Source: Gnetum montanum | Taxonomy: Eukaryota; Plantae; Gnetophyta | DNA length: 64,000 nucleotides | Assembly: GCA_015680685.1 (NCBI GenBank) | Contig: MNCI01002752.1 | Span: 296,584-360,583, forward strand | Direction: 5' to 3' | Part shown: positions 1 through 12,400 of the stretch, in pieces | Layout: each line of letters begins with the position of its first letter | How positions within the stretch are numbered: the first letter of the stretch is position 1 | Notes under the pieces: model-generated | What the model saw: only the letters and a program-made list of their open reading frames with translations | Databases searched by the model: none | Told to the model about the DNA's origin: nothing | Position numbers and translations under genes: made by a program

Positions 1-2490
1 TAGAAATTTCCAAGGAAAGATCACGAATCCCTAGGTACGCATCTACTGTACTTAGCCATGACCTTCCCATTATAATTGGGAAGTCCCCATTGTTGCTGTT
101 AACTTCTATAACTAGAAAGTCAGCTGGGTAGGACCAACCACACACAGTGGTAACAATGTCCTCCACCAATCCCAAGGGAATGGTGATGAACTGGTCTACC
201 AGCTCTAGTTGAATGTTGCTCTTCTTAAGTTGGGGCAGGTTCCAGGCTTGATACATCTCTTGTGATATTAAATTGACTCCAGAACCTGAGTCAAGAAGAG
301 CCTTATGTGGTTCGTTCCCGGAGATTTGTAAATAGATTAAGGGGCTTCTAGGATCAGTTAGTTTCCTAGGAAGGTGGCCTACCTTGATCTAGTCGGTTAC
401 GGTATGCGTTAACATAATCGTATGCATACAGCTCTATTAGATTGAAGGGTGCTCTGAAGTGTTAGATGGTGGAGGAGTGTACCTAGACTCAACCGCTTGT
501 TGTGAGAGCTTGTCTAGGCTTTTGGTTCTGAAGAAAGGTCTNNNNNNNNNNNNNNNNNNNNNNNNNNNNNNNNNNNNNNNNNNNNNNNNNNNNNNNNNNN
601 NNNNNNNNNNNNNNNNNNNNNNNNNNNNNNNNNNNNNNNNNNNNNNNNNNNNNNNNNNNNNNNNNNNNNNNNNNNNNNNNNNNNNNNNNNNNNNNNNNNN
701 NNNNNNNNNNNNNNNNNNNNNNNNNNNNNNNNNNNNNNNNNNNNNNNNNNNNNNNNNNNNNNNNNNNNNNNNNNNNNNNNNNNNNNNNNNNNNNNNNNNN
801 NNNNNNNNNNNNNNNNNNNNNNNNNNNNNNNNNNNNNNNNNNNNNNNNNNNNNNNNNNNNNNNNNNNNNNNNNNNNNNNNNNNNNNNNNNNNNNNNNNNN
901 NNNNNNNNNNNNNNNNNNNNNNNNNNNNNNNNNNNNNNNNNNNNNNNNNNNNNNNNNNNNNNNNNNNNNNNNNNNNNNNNNNNNNNNNNNNNNNNNNNNN
1001 NNNNNNNNNNNNNNNNNNNNNNNNNNNNNNNNNNNNNNNNNNNNNNNNNNNNNNNNNNNNNNNNNNNNNNNNNNNNNNNNNNNNNNNNNNNNNNNNNNNN
1101 NNNNNNNNNNNNNNNNNNNNNNNNNNNNNNNNNNNNNNNNNNNNNNNNNNNNNNNNNNNNNNNNNNNNNNNNNNNNNNNNNNNNNNNNNNNNNNNNNNNN
1201 NNNNNNNNNNNNNNNNNNNNNNNNNNNNNNNNNNNNNNNNNNNNNNNNNNNNNNNNNNNNNNNNNNNNNNNNNNNNNNNNNNNNNNNNNNNNNNNNNNNN
1301 NNNNNNNNNNNNNNNNNNNNNNNNNNNNNNNNNNNNAGTGGAATCCCGGTAAATGATGGTGCGGATCAGCGTTGTATCCCCTTTCAAATCGTGGGATGTT
1401 GTTCATGTCTAAGCGTTTGATCCGACTATCTTTTAAATGCCTTATGGGAATTCTAACAGCCTTCGTTATATTGAGCATACTTTGGGTTGCAAGTAGGGGC
1501 TCGTCATGATCATCTCTTTCATGACGTCCATGATGTCTTCGTTGTTCCCTACTTTCCCTTCATTCATGCCCTTGTCCTCTCTCTTGACTCTCTCGTTGAG
1601 GTCTCTCATTTTTCTTACCTTTATCCTCTTCGTTATGCTCGTGATGGTTGCGCCCAGATGTGGAAGGAGAGGGTGAGTGATGAGATGAAGGAGAAGAGGA
1701 AGGAGAACCATTGCCATGGCGATGCTTCTTGCTTTCTCTTTGGTTGCTATTGCCCTGATCGTGGTGACGATCTAAGTGCCCGTCCTTATTATGAGTTGTT
1801 GTTTCCTTTGTGAATAGTTGGTGTTCATGGGGATCAGAACCAGTGTTATGTATCGTTGAGCATAGGTTCTGATACCCCACCTCCTCACCATCGTTAGGAG
1901 GGGGAACATCATTTGATAGAGAACCCGTTATAATGGATCCATCATCTCTTATTTCGCTAAGGACGTGCGGGACCTCTTTGCCCTTCAACAGTGTATGTTG
2001 GCTCTCCTGCCTTGAGTCCCTCATACGTTGTGCTTCTGTGGGATAATAATCCCTTGAGTCAAAATCTTCCACAATGTATTTAGCGTAGAGCTGAGTCATG
2101 CCAATTTGTGCCAAAGCACGGAGATTGATCTGGAGGTAACATGATGTTACCTTGCAAATCCCTTCAGCGCATCTGTTCGTCTTGATGGAGGATAAAGGTA
2201 AATTTTGGAATATACTCATCGGGATGAGTATATACTATCTGGTATTGTTGAGGACTTGGCGGATTTAGGTTATGTGTATTTGATTGTCGACTGTTCTTTG
2301 TATTATCCCTAGGTGGTGAGTTGCTCTTATGAGAAGAAGAAGAAGACATAGTGTCTTATCGGTGTGCTATTTACTATTATATAAATTTTTCTTTAATTAA
2401 CCCGAAGGTTCGTTTAGGCTCCCAACGATGTGAGTGATATCCTATGTTCTATTCAGCGCACAAACACTTAGTCCCTGGCAACGGCGCCAA
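1..2490 (-). mobile_element. Athila-like Ty3/gypsy LTR retrotransposon, internal 5' part (degenerate gag-region ORFs and aspartic protease), running off the left edge
   Basis: The minus strand at about 1-380 translates as HLPRKLTDPRSPLIYLQISGNEPHKALLDSGSGVNLISQEMY...FPIIMGRSWL, an Athila/Tat-type LPxKLxDPGS motif plus the catalytic LLDSGS. Broken gag-region ORFs lie at 1466-2349. A PBS adjoins the LTR. Confidence 0.85.
2472..2489 (-). promoter_or_regulatory. Primer binding site of the Athila-like element
   Basis: The minus strand reads TGGCGCCGTTGCCAGGGA just inside the LTR end. TGGCGCCGTTGCC is the PBS motif typical of Athila elements. Confidence 0.85.
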
Positions 2491-3385
2491 TGATGAGTGG
2501 AGAGATACCCCTACACTCAACCATACAAATATGAGAGTAGCACGCGTGACTGGTCGAACTCCATAGACTAAGTGCTTACACGCCCCATGGAACACTTAGG
2601 GTTAATCATTCGTTGTCTTCCCAGACTTACTTGTAGTTGTCACGGTGTATGGTTAAGTAAGTCTGAGGTATATGATTTTTACAGTCTTTTATGTTTTATG
2701 TCTCCTATGCTAACAAGGTGAAGGGTTGAGAAACTAATTACTAACTCTAACTAATGAACTAAGTCTAAATTACCTAGCGTCAGCATCCGTTCCCACTTAC
2801 CGTACACACCCTGAACTGATGCAACTGTTGCTACCAAACATTAATCATTGCTGGGATCACCACGCGTAACACACGTGATCGAAGTGGTCGTACTAAGGCA
2901 CTTAACTAGGTGGAAAGGGTTGAGAGAATCTAATCTAGCCTAAGTGCAATGAGCATTCGTTCCTTGATTATCTGTACACATCTTTAAATGCTCATAATCA
3001 AGTCGTACTCATTCTGTGTTACTAGGAGATAAGGGTGAGAGAGAAAGCAATAAATAAAATTAAATAAAATCCCAATTAGCCTATTCCATGCACTGCAAGG
3101 TTTATCCAAAAAGTTCATCTTTATTGTTGTACACAACTTGTGTTCAAGTACAATGTTGCTCAAATAAAGATTCGTTCACTTTAGGACTCCTACTGCGGGC
3201 ACATGGAAAATATTCTATCTCTAGAGTGATCAATCTACTAGAGTTTCCCTACTTTTAGCCTAGGATGAGGAAACAAGGGAGAGCCGCCTCTTATTTATAA
3301 ATATGATAGCGCACTGCGATATTGCGTACGTGATATCGCAGGCGACGACACGATATCATGGCCTATGCGATATCGCGTCTCATCA
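2491..3385 (-). mobile_element. 5' LTR (about 895 bp) of the Athila-like element
   Basis: Bounded by 7-bp inverted termini TGATGAG (2491) and CTCATCA (3385). It adjoins the PBS and has a TATA-like TTTATAAATA on the minus strand at about 3291-3302. CpG-rich CGATATCG-like repeats lie at 3313-3377. Confidence 0.8.
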
Positions 3386-3389
3386 AATA

Positions 3390-4560
3390 CGAATAGTCCC
3401 CAACAAGTCAGTTACAAGAAACCATTCATTAACCCTTATTCCACCTACAAATAGGAAGAGGAGGAGAGGAAAAAAAGGGACACACACAAGGCAAAAGTAA
3501 CTTGACAAAACACAAAAAAAGAAGGATACATCAACAAGGAGTGCGGCTACGAAGGGAGAGAAGATTGTTGTTGCTACAAGAGATAACAAAGAGAAAAAAA
3601 ACAAGTGTGGCATAGCAATCCAATATTCGGATAATTCCTCCTGGTAAGCAAGATATCTAAGAAAGGAGGTAAAATGATCCATCTTTGTTATATTTGATAA
3701 TGGCTAGCAAGGGCTGATTTTCTCAAACTTCTCTCTTCTTGCTTGTCTAAACACCTTCACAATGCTTGTATGAAAATATCAAGATTGTTGTTGTAAGCTT
3801 AGACTTATTTTTTGGATCTCTCCGCCCGTCCTCTGCACTCTCATACCTAAATGACTTGGATGAGAGTTGTTTCTGTAACGATTTAGAAGCACCCATAATG
3901 ATTTGGGGCATTTTTGGCAAAGGATTGCCAATAGGGACTATGGATCCCTAATGTGAGGATTGGTATCGCTAGTAGAAAGCGAGAATATCCTTGGGTCCAT
4001 TGATAATTGTGAATTGTTGAATTTTTGGATTTTGGTTGGAATTTGGTTGATAAACCCTCCCCTTTTGAATGCATAAACCTCAGATTTGAATCTTGAATTA
4101 TACTTCTTTTTCCTACGCCTTCTCAAGTCTAATTTTAATATCTTTATATAAGTTGATGGAGTGGGGGAAAACCTAGGATGTTAATTTATGGTTGTGATTT
4201 ATCTATTCTCTGCTATTGAACATATGAATTTCCTGATTAAATGATTATTGGTAAAATGGTTACAAGAGTTAAATTCAGATCTTGTTTTTGTGTGTGGCTG
4301 GAAATTATAAAATATTATTATGTGATTGAATAAATATGAGATTATTAATTTATCTACTTTTATGGTCATTTCTTTGGTTTTCAAGTGCATAAATGATCCC
4401 GATTAAATATTGCTTTTTAGGTTGAATAATAAAAAGCTTTTATCTTTTAATCTAATGCATCTTGCACAGATATTTTACTATGCCTATTTCTTTTTAAAAT
4501 TATCTCTTAATTCTTAAACTAATTTTGATTGGCCTGTTTCAGAGCTAGGTCTAGGCATTA
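3390..4560. repeat. Unclassified dispersed repeat, copy A (homologous to about 36500-37950)
   Basis: Colinear similarity, e.g. 3814 GGATCTCTCCGCCCGTCCTCTGCACTCTCATACCTAAATGACTTGGATGAGAGTTG versus 37155 GGATCTCTCCACCTATCCTTTGCACTCTCAAGCCTAAATGACTTGGATGAGAGTTG. Boundaries are approximate. Confidence 0.7.
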
Positions 4561-6416
4561 TTGATCTCATTTTAATTTTAAAAGTTAATGCTAGTTTGAT
4601 TGTTGTAGAAAGAAAGTCACTTGGGCATTTTCTTCTTTCAACTTTCTTCTTTTTAGGGGGCTTTGGGTGCTAGCTCTTGCTCCCTATGAATGACTGTTAC
4701 AGTATAAGTTAGTAAAAACAATTATGATAATATTACAGAAATGAATATTGCCTCTTTGATTAGTCAACTCCATTTTTTTGGACAAGGCTAGGATGATGAT
4801 GATGATGATGTAGAATATTGCATTTTTAATAAGTTTAAATATGAATATTCATTTTCATTCATTTATATGATGGTTATAAGTATTTTGTTCTTTCATGACA
4901 CATTGCACTTTTAACAAGCTTGGCTTCAGACAAGAAGTTTGTTTCTTTAATCCCTGGAATACAATAAATATGGTTGATGGTAATGTGTTTTGTTTTCCTT
5001 CAATCTTAATCTCCACTTCTTCATATCTACAAGTTAATGAAATCGGGTTTATCAAATTACCCACGTGCTCAGGCATCGTACTCCTGAAGAGATCTTTGTT
5101 TCCTCTTACACATCTTGACCAGCTTCAACCATTCATTATTCTACATTGAGATAATTTTGTTGATTACTAGTAGGAAGGAAATTCTATCATTATCTTCATT
5201 CACCGTCCTAAATTGTCGCTAGCAAAGTTATTGATCGTCACGTCATGATTTATCATCTTGCTTCTCATGTTTTCTTCCTTTCAAAGGTACTCTCTTGCAA
5301 CCATAGTCTTGAGACGGTGTTTAATGTAATTTCTATATTTTTTGCAACTATAGCTTCCACAAAAACTTAGGATTGTTTTGATAATGCAAATAACACAAAG
5401 TGAACCATATCTTTTTCTGAAACATCTTCTCCACAATTACATAAGCTGCCTCATATGAGGGTTAATTTGTAACCATGTCCCAAATCCTCTCTCCAGGCTT
5501 CATTCTGTGATTCCAAAGTCAATTCAACAATTCCCTCTTCTTGGCCTCATCAAATGATCCTATGAATGATGTCAAATTTTGGTAATTCTCAGGGCATGCA
5601 ACTGGCCACAAACCAGTCTCAATGCTTCTACAGTTCTATTGTTTTTCAATATGGCCACAACATTAGCATTGCCCATCTCCCATTTTGGAGCATTATTTTC
5701 ACGAACACTCAGCTCTCAGGACAGATCCCATAATCTTTCTCACTTTGTAATTATTTTTAAGGCATGTGTGCCTCAACTAGCATAATTTTTTGGAAGTTGG
5801 ATATGGATCGATGGCTTTTAGTCAGACCATTCTATTCTTCTTTTTAATTTACTAGCTTTAGCATTCAAAACTGCATGTCTAGTTCATGAATTCTTTTTTG
5901 CAGCTCTGATAGCATATTTTGTTACAGTAGCACTGAGAAATACAAACTAGTAGAGCACAATGAACTTACATCACCTGAAAATTGAAACAAATTAATGAAA
6001 GAAAATTCCACGTTAAAAAATGTGAAAGGTGCTGAAATAACAAAATTGGGGATGAATACTGCATCTTCCTCGAATGCTCTATTATCAAGTCTCTTCAAAG
6101 CCAGTAGGGAATAATAGCAGATAATTTGAATGCTTTCCAAATTCCTGCTTTGGCCTTGGGCCACTACATTGAAGGCAGTTTTAGTTTTACTCGACTTCTA
6201 TAAATGCTTTGCCCAACAGGTACTTGGGGCTTCTTATTCGACATTATAATAAATTTCAGTGAGTAAATAAATGTCAAATACCTGAGAACGAAATATTAAA
6301 TATTGTAGCAAAGACTAAAACATGATACTCACTTTTCAGTGAATTTAAGGTTTTCACCATTTTACATACTGAAAATGTCTCCCACAATAAAAATAAAAGT
6401 GAAAATTGCAAGAAAC

Positions 6417-6494
6417 CTGTGTAACAAGGGAAATAATAAAATCTTCAGGCTCCTCTGCATCATACTCTTCTACGTATTCTGTATTAGACATTAC
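6417..6494 (-). pseudogene. SEC8: SEC8 exon remnant VMSNTEYVEEYDAEEPEDFIISLVTQ
   Basis: Boundaries ctgcag|GTA...CAG|gtttct, 78 nt, phase 0/0. Matches SEC8 EMTNREYLEDxDAEEPDDFVISLTSQ. Confidence 0.9.
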
Positions 6495-6639
6495 CTGCAG
6501 ATATTTTCCAGAGGTAAAACATATGCCATTAACTTTGCTGTACATATGTCAAGAAATTTGCATATTTTCTCTTTATGTCAAATCTATTACAGTGAGAGAT
6601 TATATATCATAATAAATGTTATTCAACAACCCCTAGCAC

Positions 6640-6805
6640 CTATAAATGAAACAATGTTTCCGGCTGCATCTCAATCCTCAAAACTCATACGCATTCACCA
6701 GCCAAGCTTCTATATTGCTCTGAAAGTGTTGCAAGGCTTGCTGTCAGGTCACTAGATGTTTGGTCATTCGTTGCATTGTTTATTGTGACTGAAGATTGTC
6801 CAAGC
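6640..6805 (-). pseudogene. SEC8: SEC8 exon remnant with two in-frame stops: (R)LGQSS...LATLSEQYRSLAGECV*VLRIEMQPETLFHL*
   Basis: Boundaries ctcag|G CTT...TTA TAG|gtgcta. TGA lies at 6685-6687 and TAG at 6640-6642, where SEC8 has a basic residue and Gln. Confidence 0.88.
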
Positions 6806-7768
6806 CTGAGGATATTGATTATAATCAATGATTAACAACTGCATCAAGTCAATGTCATGCCTCACTGCTAAGTGGCTTATCTTTGCTAAGAGCTCATTAA
6901 TTGCTGTCAGTATTTCAAAACCCTTGAACTGTCTGTTTCAGACTTCTTAATTTTAACAATTTCAGGTACCAAGAATTATGAAACTGGAAATTCTATTCAG
7001 AAGTTCTGTAGTTTTGTGTAAAGTTTCTTGATTGCAGAGGATATTCACACCTAAAAACATCCTTATATTTGTTTTTTTACCTCAGAAAGATTAAAAGGAT
7101 ATAAGTGCTTTCTCAAAGTTGTGCTTTCTCAAAGTCAAGGTTAAAACCAATCCATAAGAAGAATTAATTCTCCGTACCCTGTAAAACCATTTAATTTTTT
7201 CCTCATCTAAAATTTAGAATAGAAGTTCACTCTGTTAGAGTCCTCTTGCAATCACTGTTATAATGACAAGGGTGTGTTGGAATCCAAAACTTATTTTGAC
7301 TATAGGTATCACCAAGACGTATAGCCAGTACAATTCTTTCATAGAACTTAGAACGGCAAGGTATATCAACCGTGCCTCGAATTGACAACTTCTTGTTTGC
7401 AAATCCTTGTCACACAATGAACTAACTACTTGGTAGGAAACCCAAATACAATGCAAAAATGATGATGATGATGCATTATGCATCAAAGTCAAATATACAC
7501 ATCTAAAATTCAAACTAACCATCACCATCATCCTAGCCTTATCCCAAGTAAGGTTCAAACTCATCATGTTGCCATATATTGGAAGCAGAATTAAATTTTA
7601 ACGCTACTTGTGGTGAATTTGAAGATACTAGGAAATTTTGTCGTCTTTTCTCTTTTGTCAGGCATTACTACTGTTATATATCTTTGAAACAAAAAGAAAA
7701 TTTTGGAAAAACATATTGATGAAATAGAACTTTGACATCAAATTATCGATATGAACACATTCACTTGC

Positions 7769-7854
7769 CTCTCAATTGAGTCAACAACATACTCCAAAGA
7801 ATCACTTAGTGCAGATAACAATACAAGCTTGTTATCGTCACGGATGAGATTTTC
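7769..7854 (-). pseudogene. SEC8: SEC8 exon remnant ENLIRDDNKLVLLSALSDSLEYVVDSIE(R) with a GC donor
   Basis: Boundaries tgccag|GAA...GAG AG|gcaagt, 86 nt. The phase-2 end matches the next exon. Confidence 0.88.
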
Positions 7855-7960
7855 CTGGCAATATAAGAAGGTTAAGAGATTACAAAACGGTTACAAGATA
7901 TAAGCCAGACAAATTCTTGAACTCTATATGTTGAAGAAAGAGGTTATGCCTATTTAAATC

Positions 7961-8113
7961 CATCTCCATCTCTACTTCTAGGCTTTCAGAATCCTTGTGT
8001 CTAGACTGCCTGTCATCCAGTGAGCTTCCAAAGAGCATAGATGTTTCATGCTTCATTAGATTCTCAACATCCATTCTCCCAATCAGTATATAGCTTTGTT
8101 TTTCTAAAACTGC
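7961..8113 (-). pseudogene. SEC8: SEC8 exon remnant AVLEKQSYILIGRMDVENLMKH...SESLEVEMEM with damaged splice sites
   Basis: Clear SEC8 similarity, but the expected acceptor reads caa|GCA instead of cag|GCA. The usual exon end (SDLLLSLRPIKQ-like) and its donor are missing. Confidence 0.8.
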
Positions 8114-9360
8114 TTGTTGTATCATATCATTTAGTAATGCACTGGAATAGTTTGCAAACAAATTATAGTTCATATGGAGATTTCCTTTAGTGCACCATTT
8201 AACAGAATTGAACCACTAAAGAAATTTAATCATTGCTAGAACAAAATAACAATGTTTGATATTTTGATTCATTGATTGAATTGAACTACACATTTGCATT
8301 TATCTTTCAAACATAATTCAAAAATACTGGCATGGAGAAGCCAACATTAAAAATTGAAATGTATCCTTCATTTTCTATTATTCCTAGATAGTACCAATTC
8401 ATACCAATTACAAAGTAGCAACTTTTACACTTTGCAATGTATGGTAATGATCAATTACCAATAAAATTAAATGGGATTTCTAACTGTATATTGCATTTTT
8501 CCTCTTATTTTTCAAACTTCTGTTCATCATCATCATCATACCAAACTTATCTAAAGTACTTAGTTCAGCTTTTTATTTTTTAAATTTCCTTTCATATTAG
8601 GTAAACCTTCAAATCATATTCATCATTATTTTGCATATGCTAAAGTCATGAATAACGCAATACTAATACTTGACATTGGGGGCATTATTGCACAATATCT
8701 TCCTTTATAAGAAATGTAGAAAATAAATAAGTTTTCTTGGTTAAAAACATTCTTCTAAGAATAGCAGTAATTAAAAACACAGAATAGTTTATTTCATGCA
8801 CATCTAGGATCACCAATAGTTTTCCTTTTTGTAATTAAAAACATACTATACAAATGTACATTTCATAGATTTTAGAACAACAATTCATATAAATGATTGC
8901 TTTCTACATTAAGCAGGCATTTAATTTTCAAGTATCAACAGATCATCATAAACAGTGCCACATGATATGTTGATGTAAATGTTAGAATATTATAAAGCCA
9001 TTATAAAGATTTTTCAACTAAGCTGCCATTTTGAAATCCAGTAAGAGGAACACTTAGGGCTCATGGCATCTGATCCTCATGAAAATACTTTTTCCTAGCC
9101 TGTGCCAATCTTTCATCTCATTGTTGCCTAATGTACTAACGTTGCGATTTGGAAAGATACCATTCATATTTTGTTTTTGTTCAGGTCTGGTAGATAAAGC
9201 AACCCATGCGTACTTCGTTTTTATCCTTCTTTTATTTTCCTGCAGCAGTGGTTTAAGAAAATAAATGAATTTTATGCTTGCTGAACTGCACACAACTTGT
9301 GCACAGTCAAGAGGGAAAGTAATTTCTATGACTACCAATAGGAGTATTTGCAATGTTGAG

Positions 9361-9470
9361 ATAACTGAAACTGAAACTATTTTTTTAATTATGTCCAAGA
9401 CCCTATGGATCTATTGAACCAGGTTGGTTTCAATAGTTTTTTTTGCATAATGCTTGTATATCTCAATGGC
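9361..9470. repeat. Short dispersed repeat, homologous to about 31790-31890
   Basis: ACTGAAACTGAAA...TCCAAGACCCTATGGATCTATTGAACCAGGTTGGTTTCAATAG...TTGCATAATGCTTGTA versus ACTGAAACTGAAA...TCCAAGATCCAATGGATCTATTGGACCAGTTCGGTTTTAACAA...TTGCATAATGTTTGTA. Confidence 0.65.
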
Positions 9471-9807
9471 AACATATTCGGATTGAATTTGTAACTTGTA
9501 GAATGCAAAGTCACACACTTTAACCAACAAGTCATTTCCCTTGATATTATAATGAACATAAAATTTCTGCAACATGTTTTTCTTTAACTGAAAATTCAAT
9601 TAGTAAGGATTATTAATTGTTTGATATTAGCTATATAACCATTTTTCCTTGAAAGACATATAAAATAAAAGTCTTTCACTGATAAATTTAAGCATCTTAA
9701 TCAATGAAAGTGAAACTGAATTTTTTTACTTTAGTCCGCTGAGACCCCTTGATCTATCGGACCAATGTTAGAATTCCTTTTACAGATTTTTTTAAATTTA
9801 TAACTCA

Positions 9808-9867
9808 GTGCTGTCCAGTGGAATTGAACCTATGACCTGGGGTTACCAAGTTAAGACTCTTACCAAG
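9808..9867 (-). repeat. tRNA-derived (SINE-head-like) remnant
   Basis: The minus strand reads TTGGTAAGAGTCTTAACTTGGTAACCCCAGGTCATAGGTTCAATTCCACTGG, a partial A-box and a B-box (GGTTCAATTCC) at tRNA-like spacing. There is no complete acceptor stem. Confidence 0.45.
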
Positions 9868-10156
9868 AAAATAACACATCATTTTCACAATATGCAAAAA
9901 AATTTTCACTCCAAATTTAGATGGCTTAACTGCAATCTATTTCACATCATTTTCAAGTTACAACAGTTTCTCATATATTAGTTTTCATAAAATAATCATT
10001 TTTAAATTTTACCAGAAACCTCTTTTACATGCTCCTACTGATAGGGCACAGTGTTTATAATTAAATAGTGTGCTTCGAAGATATCAGTTCATGAACCCAG
10101 CAGAAACGAAATTGTGCAATAATTAGAATCACATGTAAAAATAGCATATACCTTAC

Positions 10157-10264
10157 CTCTATATAAGATGTCCGACATCTTTCATATGCACGTTGAAGGA
10201 ACGTTTGTACATATTCCACAAGTTCATCTGCATACTTCGGCATGGCTTGTGCCCGTCCTAGCAC
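10157..10264 (-). pseudogene. SEC8: SEC8 exon remnant VLGRAQAMPKYADELVEYVQTFLQRAYERCRTSYIE
   Basis: Boundaries tgtcag|GTG...GAG|gtaagg, 108 nt, open. Matches SEC8 VLGWAQAMPKFA...YVQTFLERTxERCRTSYME, with the conserved W replaced by R. Confidence 0.93.
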
Positions 10265-10492
10265 CTGACAAATACAGAATAATATTATCATCATGCTTAA
10301 CTAAATATATAACTTAAAACTTAAGAATGAAAACATCACATTCAAACAAAACTATTGTTTTGGAAACTTATTTAGGAAAACTAAGTTCATTTCATATGCT
10401 CTCTGCTTTTGATAACTGAAACGGTCAAACAGCCCATGTTTTCCTCTGTATATCTGTGCGTCACTAGGTGAGAGAGAGATGGACAGACAGAC

Positions 10493-10605
10493 CTCCTTTG
10501 TAAGATGATCAATGGCCAATAAACCTTGAAGTACTGGACGGCCATTCTCAATTGACGGAGAATACACTGCACCAGCATAAGGTCGTGGCCTAAATGCAGC
10601 TGGAC
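10493..10605 (-). pseudogene. SEC8: SEC8 exon remnant (S)PAAFRPRPYAGAVYSPSIENGRPVLQGLLAIDHLTKE
   Basis: Boundaries ttgcag|GT CCA...GAG|gtctgt, 113 nt. The phase-1 start matches the upstream exon at 23099. Confidence 0.93.
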
Positions 10606-11320
10606 CTGCAATGCAATTCAGTAACAAACAGAACTACATTTCAACCAGAATTGAGAATAAATGTGGCCTACAACTACACAATACTATCTAAATTTTTACC
10701 AAAGTTAAACTAATATAGTTGAACTCATTTTCTGCTATAAAATCCTGCCAAGGTTGATCCACATTCAATGGTCTCTGATCTCTTGACTACCTACATTAGT
10801 GCCCAACTACCCCATAGGCATAACATCAAACATATGGGAACAGATAGAGGATAGCTTTAAATTAGTTGTAATCTTGCAACCATGGTGCAAAGAATGGAAA
10901 ACTTTTAATATTACAATAATATACTAAATAAAAAATTTAAAACCAAAATCCCGCGAGGGAGGTGCAATTAATTGAGATGGACAGCTGGTCCCTGGGTTTC
11001 CGGTCAGCGCATAGCCTCATTTTTTGTTTTTTGTTTTTGTTTTTGTTTTAGGTTTTTTCTCTTGGTAATTGTGGTGACCTACCCTTCTTGGTTCCTTGTG
11101 GGAAATGCTTTCCTGCTATGTTGCTAGAAACACAACGGATTCATAACATTTTGCATTTTACGTTGCGGAAATGGGATCTCGTTTCAAAACACCGTTTCTC
11201 ATAAACAGTAACCGTCACTTGGTGGGCGAAATGTTTTGGGCACGCTGAAACGTTTTTGACACATTTCATTACGTTTTTGACAGGTTTCATTTCCTTTGAT
11301 TTTATTTTTTGATTTTATTT

Positions 11321-11447
11321 TCAACAACTGCATCGAACTAAATGCATGTCAGGTCAACAACTGCATCTGTCATGAACTAAATGCAGGTCAGGTCAACAAC
11401 TGCATCTGTCATGAACTAAATACAGGTCTGTCATGAGTTAAATGCAG
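11321..11447 (+). repeat. Degenerate tandem repeat (unit about 39 bp, about 3 copies) inside the hAT element
   Basis: TCAACAACTGCATC(TGTCAT)GAACTAAATGCAGGTCAGG repeated. Confidence 0.8.
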
Positions 11448-12174
11448 TTTGCGGCAAAGATGGAAGGAAAAAATTTAGGGTTTATTCTATGGCATCAATA
11501 AGTAACACATTTAGGTAAAGCATTTGGTGCATGTGCTGCTGAACGCTGTTGCTGCCACTTTTGCATTGCTGTGCTGTGAACGCTGCTAATCCTGCAATTG
11601 TTGTCACTTTTGCATCACTCTCCACGACCGTTGCTGCTGCTTCCTGTCCATAACTAGTCAACTCTGTGGTAAGTCTCTGCTTCTGCAACAAGCAGTCCTC
11701 CTCCCTCTTCAAAATGGGCTAAATCGTGGATTCAGAGACCATTTTTGTACATTATCTCTTCATTGGTTTTTCTTCATTGAGATTCTTTTCTTTGAGTCAG
11801 CGTTTCTTATTACAGTAAAGTTCAATATGCAATTCATATTCTGTAAAATAGGGTCTCATTTTTAAAGTTCATCTCTTCAAAGTTAATATAGTAAGCTTGT
11901 CTTTGGCCTTTCCCTATTCTCATTTCAATGGGGGCAGCAAATCCTTCTATTCATAGATTTAATCTTGGATCTTGCCTTATGCTTATTTATCTATATGAAA
12001 GAGCAGCACCAAAGTTCTACACTATTTTCAGCTCATCTTTGAGGATTTTATTTGATTATTAGGCATGGGTTGTTGATTTCTAGCTGTATTCCTCTGCCTC
12101 AAAACAATAACGTTTTTACCATGTTTCATTTGAAATATACCAGTAACTACAAAAGGCAGGACCACATAATGATC

Positions 12175-12400
12175 CACCTACGTCCCTACACTTGCCCCCC
12201 TCTACCGCGTCGATGCCCCCTTGGGTTTTCTTTGTTGTTCTTGCTCATCATGCGGGTGGGGGTGCGCCCCCCCTTCGGTTGTCCTGGGTGGGGCGGCGAC
12301 GTGCCCCCTCTCTGTTTCCTGAGGGGTGCCTCGCCTCTCTATTTCCTGGGGGGCGCCCCCCCACTATTTTTGTTCTGTCATGGGAGCTGTATTGATTAAT
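12175..12400 (+). mobile_element. GC-rich 3'-UTR fragment related to the J-domain LINE family
   Basis: Shares CTATTTTTG.TG(T)C.TGGGAG.TGTATTGATTAAT with the 13801 copy and has the same G/C-run composition. Confidence 0.55.

Noticed and set aside
437-1478. Long ORFs in the supplied track spanning N runs (also 12546-13387, 20272-20565 and 28296-29065)
   Set aside because: These are artefacts of assembly gaps translated as X.
6640-6690. Idea that the SEC8 stops (TGA, TAG) and a CCG codon are repaired by U-to-C / C-to-U RNA editing
   Set aside because: Such editing is organellar, and this is a spliceosomal nuclear gene. It also has a broken acceptor and deletions that editing cannot fix, and methyl-C deamination explains the stops.
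9808-9867. Functional tRNA gene (also B-box-like motifs at 36305-36445)
   Set aside because: There is no complete cloverleaf or acceptor stem; at most these are SINE-like remnants.
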